Positions 36,313-44,572 of a stretch of DNA of 44,572 nt are shown here, one piece after another. The stretch spans positions 1 through 44,572 of the forward strand of contig JAHDII010000002.1 of the NCBI GenBank assembly GCA_020630895.1. The letters are read 5' to 3'. Numbering within the stretch: position 1 is the first letter of the stretch; each line of letters starts with the position of its first letter. A model generated the notes under the pieces. That model was not told the DNA's origin, made no database searches, and saw only the letters and a program-made list of their open reading frames with translations. This stretch comes from Saprospiraceae bacterium. GTDB taxonomy: Bacteria > Bacteroidota > Bacteroidia > Chitinophagales > Saprospiraceae. Made by a program: the position numbers and the translations under genes.

Positions 36313-37308
36313 CTAAATTCTATCTGCCATTCTTTGAATAGATACAATGATTTGATCTAATTCTTTAGGATAGGGAACATATTGAGTTTCGTTTTTATCC
36401 TTTCCCCAAACGGTAATGGTAATGACTTTTTTTTGAGAGCCATAGGTTACAGATAAACGCAAGGGAATAGGAGTGGGTTTTATTCTTTTTCGTTTTTGAC
36501 AAAGTTCATCTTCACAATCATAAATTCTTTCAAGATTAAAGAAGTTTTTAGCCATAATAAACTCCGCAAATTCTTCTAATTCATCTCTAGGAATATTTTT
36601 CTTCGTAACCACTAATCCATTTTGAACACTTTGAAATTCTTTGATCAATCTTCCTGTACTTTTAATTTGAATATAATCTTTTAAAACAGGATCAATACCT
36701 CCATAATATCCTCCTCCAATTAATTCAATACTAATATAAACTGGTTTTTCTTTAGGAGTTTCAGCTTCTTTCTTTTTTTTCTTTTTCCGATTTTTCTTCG
36801 ATTTTTTATTTTTTTCTTTATTGGGATTGTCTGCTTCAACAAGTACTTCTGGCAGTTCATTAAAAGGTTTTACAAAAGGAGCATCTTTTGAATCAACAGG
36901 AATAAAATGATATTGATAAGCCCCTTTACTATTGGGTTGAGTAAATTCTAAAACTAGTCTTTGTTTAGAAACTTCTCTCACAAAAAATTTCTTGATATGC
37001 TTAAAATTATAAAATAATTCAGCATCATTAATACTCCAATTTCCTCGCGTCATTTTACCGTTGAGGTATTGTTCATAAGAATAATCATATCTAAAATGAA
37101 TATAAAAATCATACTTATCATCTGCTTGATGAATGGTTGTATTAGATTCTACATGTAGGGTGTAAGTATATCTCCATTTGGTTTCGATAATTCGAGTTTC
37201 TTCAATATTCGAAGGAGTATTTGGCACAGATGAGCTATCTTGTGTCCATGCTATACAGTACATCCCTATCATAAGGGAAAGTGATAGAATATACTTTAAC
37301 GTTTTCAT
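36313..37308 (-). CDS. hypothetical secreted protein with a poly-Lys linker
   Basis: The ATG at 37308 gives the signal peptide MKTLKYILSLSLMIGMYCIAWTQ (track start is TTG at 37329). The central linker reads KEKNKKSKKNRKKKKKKE. I recognised no family. Confidence 0.55.
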   Translation of the reverse strand: MKTLKYILSLSLMIGMYCIAWTQDSSSVPNTPSNIEETRIIETKWRYTYTLHVESNTTIHQADDKYDFYIHFRYDYSYEQYLNGKMTRGNWSINDAELFYNFKHIKKFFVREVSKQRLVLEFTQPNSKGAYQYHFIPVDSKDAPFVKPFNELPEVLVEADNPNKEKNKKSKKNRKKKKKKEAETPKEKPVYISIELIGGGYYGGIDPVLKDYIQIKSTGRLIKEFQSVQNGLVVTKKNIPRDELEEFAEFIMAKNFFNLERIYDCEDELCQKRKRIKPTPIPLRLSVTYGSQKKVITITVWGKDKNETQYVPYPKELDQIIVSIQRMADRI

Positions 37309-37425
37309 GGTATTAATATTAATAATCAAAAATAATTGATAAAGATGATTTCCTTTATCAATGATAACGAAATAATATTGTTTTGTGTTACAGTGGTTTA
37401 TCTATGAAATAGATTTATGGTATAA

Positions 37426-37463
37426 AATACAAAGATGCTGCCAAAAGTCAGCATCTTTGTATT
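37426..37463 (-). terminator. rho-independent terminator of 37525..39027
   Basis: 15-bp stem aatacaaagatgctg / cagcatctttgtatt, followed by UUUAUA on the minus strand. Confidence 0.75.
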
Positions 37464-37524
37464 ATTATTTTCTTAAAAGTGTATTTTTATTTAACACTTT
37501 CAAGTAGTAAGTATCTTTTTTTGA

Positions 37525-39027
37525 TTATTTTTCGTGTTTCCCACCAAATTTGAAACCGATAGTCATTACAATATTATCTGTAGATAATTTATTATCAACA
37601 ATAGGACCTCCATTTATAATATAAGGAGCATAATTTTGATTCGCCCATCTTTTAGTATAAGCAATATCAAAGAAAATATCATCATTTCTCCATCCTGCAC
37701 CCAAACTCATTTGAGAACTATCAAATAAACCATCATTATTGGTATAAGGATTTCCTAGTAAAGCATATCCTCCTCGAATTCTATATTTTTGAGCAATTAC
37801 AAATTCACTTCCTAGTTTTATATTCATAGCGGATTGGAATAATGAATTGATTTGATTATTCGTCTCTTGTTCTATTTGTAAATCACTTGCTGTAGAAAAT
37901 TCAGAATTATAATTGTATGCATTTTTAGAATAATCCATCCATTCTACTTCTGCACTAATAAAGCCTATTTTTTTAATAATAAAACCTATATTTCCCATTG
38001 CCCTCCAAGGCGTTTTTTGTCGATATTCAAAAAAACCATTTTCAGGAGAAGCAGAAGAATTAGTTGTACTATTTTCATTAGCAGTACCTTCGTTATAAGT
38101 AATATCAAAATCTAGAGCTGTTGCAAAATTATCTGTTAAAGATAACCAAGTAGGTGTTTGTATAGATGCTCCTAATCGTACAATTTGGTTGATTCTATAA
38201 ATAGCTCCTAAGTGTAAATTAAATCCAACTCCTGAAGTAGTTAATCCTTCTTGATATTGTAATCCATCAAAAAAGAGGATAGAATTGTCACCATCTGTTT
38301 CTTCATAAGTTTTAGATAACTTATAGTTCACAAAAGGAATATTTGCACTTGCTCCTACATATAATTTATGATTGACATTTCCTCCAATGGTAAGATTCAA
38401 TGCTCCCATTGAGCCACTTGCAGCTACGGTTTGAAATTTAGTGGTTTGATCTCCAGAGAAAAGATCATTTTCATAATAACTTAAATCATTAGCATCAGGA
38501 TTATAAATCATATCTACATCATAAGCAAGTCCATCATCATAATTGCTTAATTGATCTGGAGTAAAACCTTGTGCCAAGCCCAAAAAATAATTAGCTATAG
38601 ATCCTGTTGTTCTTCCTTGATAATGAAATTTTTGATTGAAATCAGCCAATCTATGATAACCTATTCCGAAATTAACCGTTTTCCATCTTGTAGGTTTAGG
38701 AGAAGCAAAAATTAAAGCTCCTTCACTTACATTTACTTTTGTTCTTCTTTCATCACTTACATTATCAGCAAAATTAGAACTCGTTCCTATTGAATTCACT
38801 CCTAGAGTAAAGGTTAATTCAGATCTTCTATAAGTTGCTATACTTGCAGGATTACTATGAACGGCAGAATAATCTCCTCCTAAGGCTCCCATTGAACCAC
38901 TTACCCCCATATATCGAGCAGAACCTGCATAATTCCAGTAAGAATATCGCAATGCATCTCCAGGCGTTTGAGAAAAAACAGAATAACTTAATAAAAACAG
39001 AATAATGATAAATGATAGCTTTTTCAT
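37525..39027 (-). CDS. FadL/TodX-like outer-membrane beta-barrel (transport) protein
   Basis: Signal peptide present. The N-terminal GDALRYS...GSARYMGVSGSMGALGGDYSAVHSNPA is typical of Bacteroidota OMPP1/FadL/TodX-type proteins. Confidence 0.6.
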   Translation of the reverse strand: MKKLSFIIILFLLSYSVFSQTPGDALRYSYWNYAGSARYMGVSGSMGALGGDYSAVHSNPASIATYRRSELTFTLGVNSIGTSSNFADNVSDERRTKVNVSEGALIFASPKPTRWKTVNFGIGYHRLADFNQKFHYQGRTTGSIANYFLGLAQGFTPDQLSNYDDGLAYDVDMIYNPDANDLSYYENDLFSGDQTTKFQTVAASGSMGALNLTIGGNVNHKLYVGASANIPFVNYKLSKTYEETDGDNSILFFDGLQYQEGLTTSGVGFNLHLGAIYRINQIVRLGASIQTPTWLSLTDNFATALDFDITYNEGTANENSTTNSSASPENGFFEYRQKTPWRAMGNIGFIIKKIGFISAEVEWMDYSKNAYNYNSEFSTASDLQIEQETNNQINSLFQSAMNIKLGSEFVIAQKYRIRGGYALLGNPYTNNDGLFDSSQMSLGAGWRNDDIFFDIAYTKRWANQNYAPYIINGGPIVDNKLSTDNIVMTIGFKFGGKHEK

Positions 39028-39072
39028 TGGTATAATTGATAAATAGTATAAATAAATTTATTGTATAGATAT

Positions 39073-39121
39073 AACAAAGGCGGACAAGGAAGGTACCAAC
39101 ACCCAATTATCCGCCTTTGTT
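39073..39121 (-). terminator. GC-rich hairpin downstream of 39161..40177 (possible terminator)
   Basis: 12-bp stem aacaaaggcgga / tccgcctttgtt with a 25-nt loop. The U tract is weak. Confidence 0.4.
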
Positions 39122-39160
39122 AATTATTATGAATAGATAATATTAATCTATTAAAATATT

Positions 39161-40177
39161 TTATTTAGGACCTCTTGAACGACCTCCTCCTCGACTACTT
39201 CCTCCGCTGCTACTTCTATTATTGTCACTTCTACTGCTACTACTTCTAGGAGAACTTCCGCCTCTATTAGAATTACTTCTGCTTGGAGGAGAATAAGAAG
39301 GACTACGATCATTACTAGAATTACTTCTGCTTGGACGAGCTGTTTTACGAGGTTCATCTCTAGTGGTATTATTTCTAACCTCATTACGACGAGTATCTTC
39401 TTCTTTATCTTCCTCTACAATAGAAGAACGACTAGGAGTATCCTCAACTTCATCTTCAACTTCTAAGTCTCTGCCTCCTGTTCCTACAGAAATCACTTCA
39501 TCTGTATTTTTAGTATCTCCATCTAAAGTTCTTCCATTTCCACCACCTGTAGCGTCGCCATCTATATCATTTCTTCCACCTTTAACTCCTGATGTTCTTC
39601 CATTTCCTAGATCATCAACAACTCCACCACCGCCTCTTCTTGGACCAAAGTTTTCAGGAGAATAATTATTATAAGCATCAGAAATATATGGATTATTGTT
39701 GTAGTATGAATTTCCATAATATCCATAAGGATTGTAATATGGATTATAGTAAGGATTATAACCATATCCATAAGGATTGTATCCAAAATTATTTCCCCAA
39801 GGAGAATAATAGTATGGATTATATCCAAAACTATTTCCATAAACAGAATAAGGGTTATATGGAGAATAGAAAGGATCAAAATAACTATTAGAAGCATAAC
39901 AAGGATCATAATAGCCAAACGAAGAGCCATAAGATCTATTGAATCTTTGAATACGACGAGTATAATAAAAATCATCATCATAGTAATAATCATCACCATC
40001 AAATGATTCATCTACATATTCATCTTCTATTTCTTCATCAGAATATTTATCTTCTAAATAAGAAAAATCTTCATCAGTACTAGGATCAAAATATAAATCA
40101 TCTTGGGCTAGTATAATAGTTGAATTTGTCATGAAAACAAACAAAACTAAGGCACTTAAATATTTATAAAATTTCAT
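39161..40177 (-). CDS. secreted low-complexity, intrinsically disordered protein (acidic, then Tyr/Asn/Pro-rich, then Gly-rich, then Arg/Ser-rich)
   Basis: Signal peptide is MKFYKYLSALVLFVFMTNSTIILAQ. The Tyr/Asn/Pro zone reads YNPYYYSPWGNNFGYNPYGYGYNPYYNPYYNPYGYYGNSYYNNNPY. The C-terminus reads RPSRSNSSNDRSPSYSPPSRSNSNRGGSSPRSSSSRS. It is the longest frame and the only one with a signal peptide. Confidence 0.6.
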   Translation of the reverse strand: MKFYKYLSALVLFVFMTNSTIILAQDDLYFDPSTDEDFSYLEDKYSDEEIEDEYVDESFDGDDYYYDDDFYYTRRIQRFNRSYGSSFGYYDPCYASNSYFDPFYSPYNPYSVYGNSFGYNPYYYSPWGNNFGYNPYGYGYNPYYNPYYNPYGYYGNSYYNNNPYISDAYNNYSPENFGPRRGGGGVVDDLGNGRTSGVKGGRNDIDGDATGGGNGRTLDGDTKNTDEVISVGTGGRDLEVEDEVEDTPSRSSIVEEDKEEDTRRNEVRNNTTRDEPRKTARPSRSNSSNDRSPSYSPPSRSNSNRGGSSPRSSSSRSDNNRSSSGGSSRGGGRSRGPK

Positions 40178-40470
40178 CGTATTTATTATTTATATATTGA
40201 ATACATTTTATTAGACGCAAAAGTTGTATAATAGTCAAGCACAAATTATTACTTTTGCACGTCATTTTATGTTAAAAACTATTTAAACCCTAAAATAATA
40301 ATATTAAAATTGTTAAATAAAAATCTAAAGATTATTTAACAATAGTTAAAGGAACTAAATAAACTTTTTATAAGTTACTCTTTTTGAGTTTCTTATAATA
40401 CAAAAATACAAAATTTACAATAAATAACATATTTATTTATAAACTATTAGAATCTACATAATAATTACTC

Positions 40471-41940
40471 ATGGCAAAAGACTTAATTAAAAAAAGAAGC
40501 GAGGATTACTCTGGATGGTATAATGATATTGTAAAACATGCAGGATTAGCAGAAAATTCTCCTGTAAGAGGATGTATGGTTATCAAGCCTTATGGTTTTG
40601 CTATTTGGGAAAATATGAAAGCCCAGCTAGATAAGATGTTTAAAGAAACAGGACACGTAAATGCTTATTTTCCTTTGCTGATCCCTAAAAGTTTTTTGAG
40701 TAAAGAAGCAGAACATGTAGAAGGTTTTGCGACAGAATGTGCTGTAGTAACACATCATCGTTTAAAGAATGATCCTAATGGAGGAGGAATGATTGTAGAT
40801 CCAGATGCTAAATTAGAAGAAGAATTAATTATTCGTCCTACTTCTGAAACTATTATTTGGAGTACTTATAGAAATTGGATTCAATCTTATAGAGATTTAC
40901 CTTTATTGATCAATCAATGGGCTAATGTGATGCGTTGGGAAATGAGGACCAGAGCCTTTTTACGTACTGCTGAATTTTTATGGCAAGAAGGACATACAGC
41001 ACATGCTTCTAAGAAAGAAGCAATGGATGAATCTAAAATGATATTGGATATATATGCAAAATTTGCTGAAGAGTGGATGGCAATGCCTGTGATTAAGGGA
41101 ATTAAAACAGCTAATGAACGCTTTGCTGGAGCAGATGAAACATTTACTATTGAAGCATTAATGCAAGATGGCAAAGCCTTACAATCTGGAACATCTCATT
41201 TCTTAGGACAAAATTTCGCAAAAGCTTTTGATGTGAAATTTATGAATAGTAATAACAAGGAAGAATATGTTTGGGCAACTTCTTGGGGAGTATCTACTCG
41301 TTTGATGGGAGGTTTAATTATGACTCATTCTGATGATGATGGTTTGGTTCTTCCTCCTCAATTAGCTCCTTTACAAGTTGTTATTGTTCCAATTCCAAAA
41401 GTAAATGGAGTGATTACTGAAGCTGTGGATAAAATTGTTGCAGGTTTAAAAGCAAAAGGAATTTCCGTTCAATATGATATTGATAAGAAAAAGAGTCATG
41501 CTTTTAAATTTAATGAATATGAAATCAAAGGTGTTCCAGTAAGAATTGGTATTGGAAAACGAGATTTAGAAAATAATCAGGTAGAAATAGCTCGTAGAGA
41601 TACGATGGAAGTCTATTCTCAATCGTTAGATAATATAGTAGAACATATTGAAAAACTACTGGAGGATATTCAAACTAATTTATTGAATAGAGCTAAAGAT
41701 TTTAGAAAAGAAAGAATTACTTCTGTTGATACTTTTGAAGAATTTAAAGATGTTCTTGAAAATAAAGGAGGTTTTATTTCTGCTCATTGGGATGGCACTA
41801 CTGAAACAGAATTAAAAATTAAAGATCTTACTAAAGCTACAATTAGATGTATTGCTTTAGATAATGAAAAAGAAGAAGGAAAATGTATTTTAACAGGTAG
41901 GAGTTCTAAGCAAAGGGTTTTATTTGCTAAAGCATACTAA
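40471..41940 (+). CDS. proS: proline--tRNA ligase (archaeal/eukaryote-like type without insertion editing domain)
   Basis: 489 aa with class II aaRS motifs and a full-length ProRS pattern (WYNDIV..., [22 protein letters not shown]). Confidence 0.92.
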   Translation: MAKDLIKKRSEDYSGWYNDIVKHAGLAENSPVRGCMVIKPYGFAIWENMKAQLDKMFKETGHVNAYFPLLIPKSFLSKEAEHVEGFATECAVVTHHRLKNDPNGGGMIVDPDAKLEEELIIRPTSETIIWSTYRNWIQSYRDLPLLINQWANVMRWEMRTRAFLRTAEFLWQEGHTAHASKKEAMDESKMILDIYAKFAEEWMAMPVIKGIKTANERFAGADETFTIEALMQDGKALQSGTSHFLGQNFAKAFDVKFMNSNNKEEYVWATSWGVSTRLMGGLIMTHSDDDGLVLPPQLAPLQVVIVPIPKVNGVITEAVDKIVAGLKAKGISVQYDIDKKKSHAFKFNEYEIKGVPVRIGIGKRDLENNQVEIARRDTMEVYSQSLDNIVEHIEKLLEDIQTNLLNRAKDFRKERITSVDTFEEFKDVLENKGGFISAHWDGTTETELKIKDLTKATIRCIALDNEKEEGKCILTGRSSKQRVLFAKAY

Positions 41941-41949
41941 ATCAATTTT

Positions 41950-42363
41950 ATGGCAAAATCAGAATCAAAAAGACAAAAGCAGGTAGGAGAATTAATAAGA
42001 AGACATTTGAGTATTGTCCTTCAACAAGAAGGGACTTATATTTATGGTGATGATGTTTTAGTTACTGTGACTTATGTTAAAGTTTCTCCCGATCTACAAC
42101 AAGCAAAAATTTATTTGAGTATATATAATACAGAAAATAAACAAGCTGTACTTTTACAATTAGAAGAACATCATCGAAGAATACAACAAGGATTAGTACA
42201 AAGAATTGCTCGTCAAATTAGAAGAGCTCCTCATATTACATTTTTTATAGATGAAACTTTAGATGAAATGTATAAAGTGGATCATCTATTTAAAAGATTA
42301 GAAGATGAAAATCAGATGGGTTCTGATAGAACTGAGGAAAATGATGATTCTTCTACATCTTAA
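41950..42363 (+). CDS. rbfA: ribosome-binding factor A
   Basis: KRQKQVGELIRRHLSIVLQQE...VTVTYVKVSPDLQQAKIYLS matches the RbfA pattern. An acidic C-terminal extension is present. Confidence 0.85.
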   Translation: MAKSESKRQKQVGELIRRHLSIVLQQEGTYIYGDDVLVTVTYVKVSPDLQQAKIYLSIYNTENKQAVLLQLEEHHRRIQQGLVQRIARQIRRAPHITFFIDETLDEMYKVDHLFKRLEDENQMGSDRTEENDDSSTS

Positions 42364-42399
42364 TATCTCATAAAAAGATTTTTAATTTTAGGATTTTAT

Positions 42400-43668
42400 A
42401 TGAATGATTTAAAAAAAGGCAATACAATAAAAGGAAACTCAAAGCCAAAAAAGAATTTGCCTTTTTATATTTCTAAAAGATATTTTTTTGGAAAAAAATC
42501 TACTAATGCGATTAATGTTATATCCTATATTTCTGTAGGAGGAATTGCTCTAGGAACGGCAGCTTTGCTTTTAGTTTCTTCTGTGTTTAATGGTTTTGAA
42601 GATTTAATTAAATCTTTATATGGCTCATTTCAGCCAGATATCATGATTACTCCCAAAGAAGGAAAAGTATTTATTGTAGATGATGAAACCTATAAAGGAT
42701 TAACAGAAATTGATGGTGTAGAATATGTTTCTAAAAGTTTAGAAGAAATTGCTTTTTTTGAATATAAAGATGGCCAAGATTTTGGTTTAATTAAAGGCGT
42801 TGATGAACATTGGATAAATGTTACTCGCCTAGATACTGTTATTTATGATGGCGTATATAAATTAAAATCAGGAAATAAAAACCTTGCCGTTGTAGGGTAT
42901 GGAATGAGGAATAAATTGGGTATTAGTGTTGAAAATGTATTATCTCAACTATCCGTTTATATGCTTAAAAATAAGCAAGTAGGTCCTTTAGAAAAACCAT
43001 TTAAAAAACAATATTTACAACCTGCTGGTATATTTTCTATACAACAACAATTTGATGAAAAATATGTCATTTCAGATTTAGACTTTGCTCAAAAATTGAG
43101 GGGCTATAAAAATTCTGAAATCTCTCAATTAGAAATCAAAATAAAACCTAATACTAGTTCTACAGAAATTATTCGTTCTGTTCAAAGAATGATGGGGCAA
43201 GATTATCATATTAAAAATCGCTACGAACAAAATGAGGCTTTTTTCAAACTCATGAAAGTAGAAAAATGGATGGGCTTTGCTATTATAGGATTAACAGTAA
43301 TATTAGTTGCTATTAATATGGTAGGTTGTATGTTTATGTTGGTTCACGAAAAGAAAAAAGATATTGCTATTTTAAAATCGATGGGAGCCAATAATCATTT
43401 TATTAGAAATATTTTTACAGGAGTAGGATTATGGATGTGTGGCATAGGAATGTTAATTGGTTTTGTAGGAGCAGTTGGTTTTTATCAGCTTCACAAATGG
43501 TTCAATTTAATACCTATGGAAGGATTTATTGTAGATGCTTATCCGATGGAATTTAGAGCCATTGATTTTATTGCTACAATTATTTTTGTTTTACTATTTG
43601 GAATCTTATTTTCGTTATATCCAGCCTCTAAAGCAGCTAAAATAAAATCATTAGTACGAAACGATTAA
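42400..43668 (+). CDS. LolC/LolE-like ABC transporter permease (FtsX-like / MacB-PCD family)
   Basis: N-terminal FYISKRYFFGKKS...NVISYISVGGIALG, a periplasmic domain, and a C-terminal FtsX-type 3-TM bundle. Confidence 0.8.
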   Translation: MNDLKKGNTIKGNSKPKKNLPFYISKRYFFGKKSTNAINVISYISVGGIALGTAALLLVSSVFNGFEDLIKSLYGSFQPDIMITPKEGKVFIVDDETYKGLTEIDGVEYVSKSLEEIAFFEYKDGQDFGLIKGVDEHWINVTRLDTVIYDGVYKLKSGNKNLAVVGYGMRNKLGISVENVLSQLSVYMLKNKQVGPLEKPFKKQYLQPAGIFSIQQQFDEKYVISDLDFAQKLRGYKNSEISQLEIKIKPNTSSTEIIRSVQRMMGQDYHIKNRYEQNEAFFKLMKVEKWMGFAIIGLTVILVAINMVGCMFMLVHEKKKDIAILKSMGANNHFIRNIFTGVGLWMCGIGMLIGFVGAVGFYQLHKWFNLIPMEGFIVDAYPMEFRAIDFIATIIFVLLFGILFSLYPASKAAKIKSLVRND

Positions 43669-43679
43669 AACCAATTTTT

Positions 43680-44567
43680 ATGCACTATTTTATAATTATA
43701 ATATTTTCTCTTTTTCTTTATTCTTGTAACTCAACACCTCAAAAAGAAAAAACACCCCCAAATCTTCCTACATCATCATATACTTTACCCTATACGATTA
43801 ATCAACCTACATCAACAAGAGAATTGCCTGAAGAACTTAAAGAAATATCTGCATTATCTTTTGATACGGATGGAACTTTGTATGCTGTTAATGATGAAAA
43901 AGGACTTGTATTTCATCTTCAAAAAGATACTATTCTTAATTATGAATTTAGGAAAAAAGGAGATTATGAAGGTATTGAAAAAATAGATAGTATTGTCTAT
44001 GTTGTAAAAAGTTCAGGGACAGTTTACAAAATTTCTCATTTAGGAACTTCCAAACAAATGAGAGAAGATTTTAATGATTTTTTAGATGATGATGATGATG
44101 TTGAAGGCTTGTGTTACGATCCAAAAACACAATGTTTATTATTAATTTGTAAAGGAAAAGAAGACAGCGAAAAAAGAAATGTTTATCAATTTAATCTTCA
44201 AGAAAATAAATTAAAAGAAGAACCTTATTTTTCTTTAGAATTAAAAAATATTACTCAACTTATACATAGTTTAGCTACTAATCAAGAAGAGTTTAAAGCT
44301 CTTATAAAAGATAAGGGAGATGAACTTACATTTGCTCCTTCGGCAATAGCTATTCACCCTCAAACAGATCATATTTATGTGACTTCCTCTAGAGGAAAAA
44401 TGTTATTGGTTACTAATAGAAAAGGAGAATTAATTCATTTGGTTAAGTTAGATAAAAAAATACATCCTCAACCTGAAGGATTAGCGTTTGATTCTCAAGG
44501 AAATTTATATATTTCTAATGAAGGAAAAGAGGGCGTTGCAAAGGTTCATTTTTTTAAAATTCAATAA
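43680..44567 (+). CDS. SdiA-regulated-domain-like lipoprotein (beta-propeller)
   Basis: Lipobox LYSC. ELKEISALSFDTDGTLYAVNDEKG, PSAIAIHPQTDHIYV and PEGLAFDSQGNLYISNEG resemble the SdiA-regulated family. Confidence 0.55.
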   Translation: MHYFIIIIFSLFLYSCNSTPQKEKTPPNLPTSSYTLPYTINQPTSTRELPEELKEISALSFDTDGTLYAVNDEKGLVFHLQKDTILNYEFRKKGDYEGIEKIDSIVYVVKSSGTVYKISHLGTSKQMREDFNDFLDDDDDVEGLCYDPKTQCLLLICKGKEDSEKRNVYQFNLQENKLKEEPYFSLELKNITQLIHSLATNQEEFKALIKDKGDELTFAPSAIAIHPQTDHIYVTSSRGKMLLVTNRKGELIHLVKLDKKIHPQPEGLAFDSQGNLYISNEGKEGVAKVHFFKIQ

Positions 44568-44572
44568 TTCTT

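Noticed and set aside
39151-40011. Four extra ORFs (39151..39384-, 39363..39665+, 39592..39891+, 39607..40011-) overlapping the low-complexity gene
   Set aside because: These are shadow frames kept open by the repetitive codon composition. None has a signal peptide or start context as good as 39161..40177.
379-41174. Short ORFs nested in or antisense to long genes (379..624-, 404..709+, 3761..4018-, 10396..10740+, 11700..11915+, 12292..12492+, 16705..17007+, 18680..18958-, 19133..19375-, 21130..21375+, 24333..24554+, 26960..27181-, 30096..30437+, 38855..39106-, 40914..41174-)
   Set aside because: Each lies within a longer ORF that has clear family motifs. Their translations are Ile/Phe/Asn-rich and low in information, which is typical of AT-rich off-frame readings.

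Overview
AT-rich chromosomal segment from a Bacteroidota genome, probably Flavobacteriia-like. Three secreted proteins carry C-terminal T9SS sorting domains. Gene content is mostly housekeeping or envelope-related: fumC, meaB, an MscS channel, fabI, PBP1A, proS, rbfA, a LolC/E-like permease, a TlpA-like redoxin, and a CzcA/CzcB heavy-metal RND pump whose permease ORF runs in frame into a TolC-like protein. I saw no rRNA, tRNA or CRISPR array. The most interesting signal is non-coding. A degraded IS transposase remnant (about 5535-6080) is followed by three tandem ~175-bp modules (6105-6630). On the minus strand each module has a bipartite box ATGCAACCTTTT-N11-GTACTAGrTAA, then a short 5' hairpin with compensatory substitutions between copies, then a GC-rich intrinsic terminator. 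The same 22-position box, with identical spacing, lies directly upstream of the nearby ECF sigma factor gene (10755-10784). Its layout (TGCAAC-N16-GTA) resembles ECF-type promoters. I therefore propose an autoregulated ECF sigma / unusual anti-sigma module controlling a triplicated small-RNA locus. This is inference and needs transcript data. Secondary items are a SatD-like/DUF3307 gene pair with a candidate operator overlapping its promoter, an anti-sigma-like protein with an inner-membrane anchor plus an outer-membrane beta-barrel, the CzcA-OMF fusion junction with an internal signal peptide, a polyglycine T9SS protein, a secreted Tyr/Asn/Pro-rich and Arg/Ser-rich disordered protein, a possible frameshifted gene at the left edge, and a few small ORFs and hairpins.
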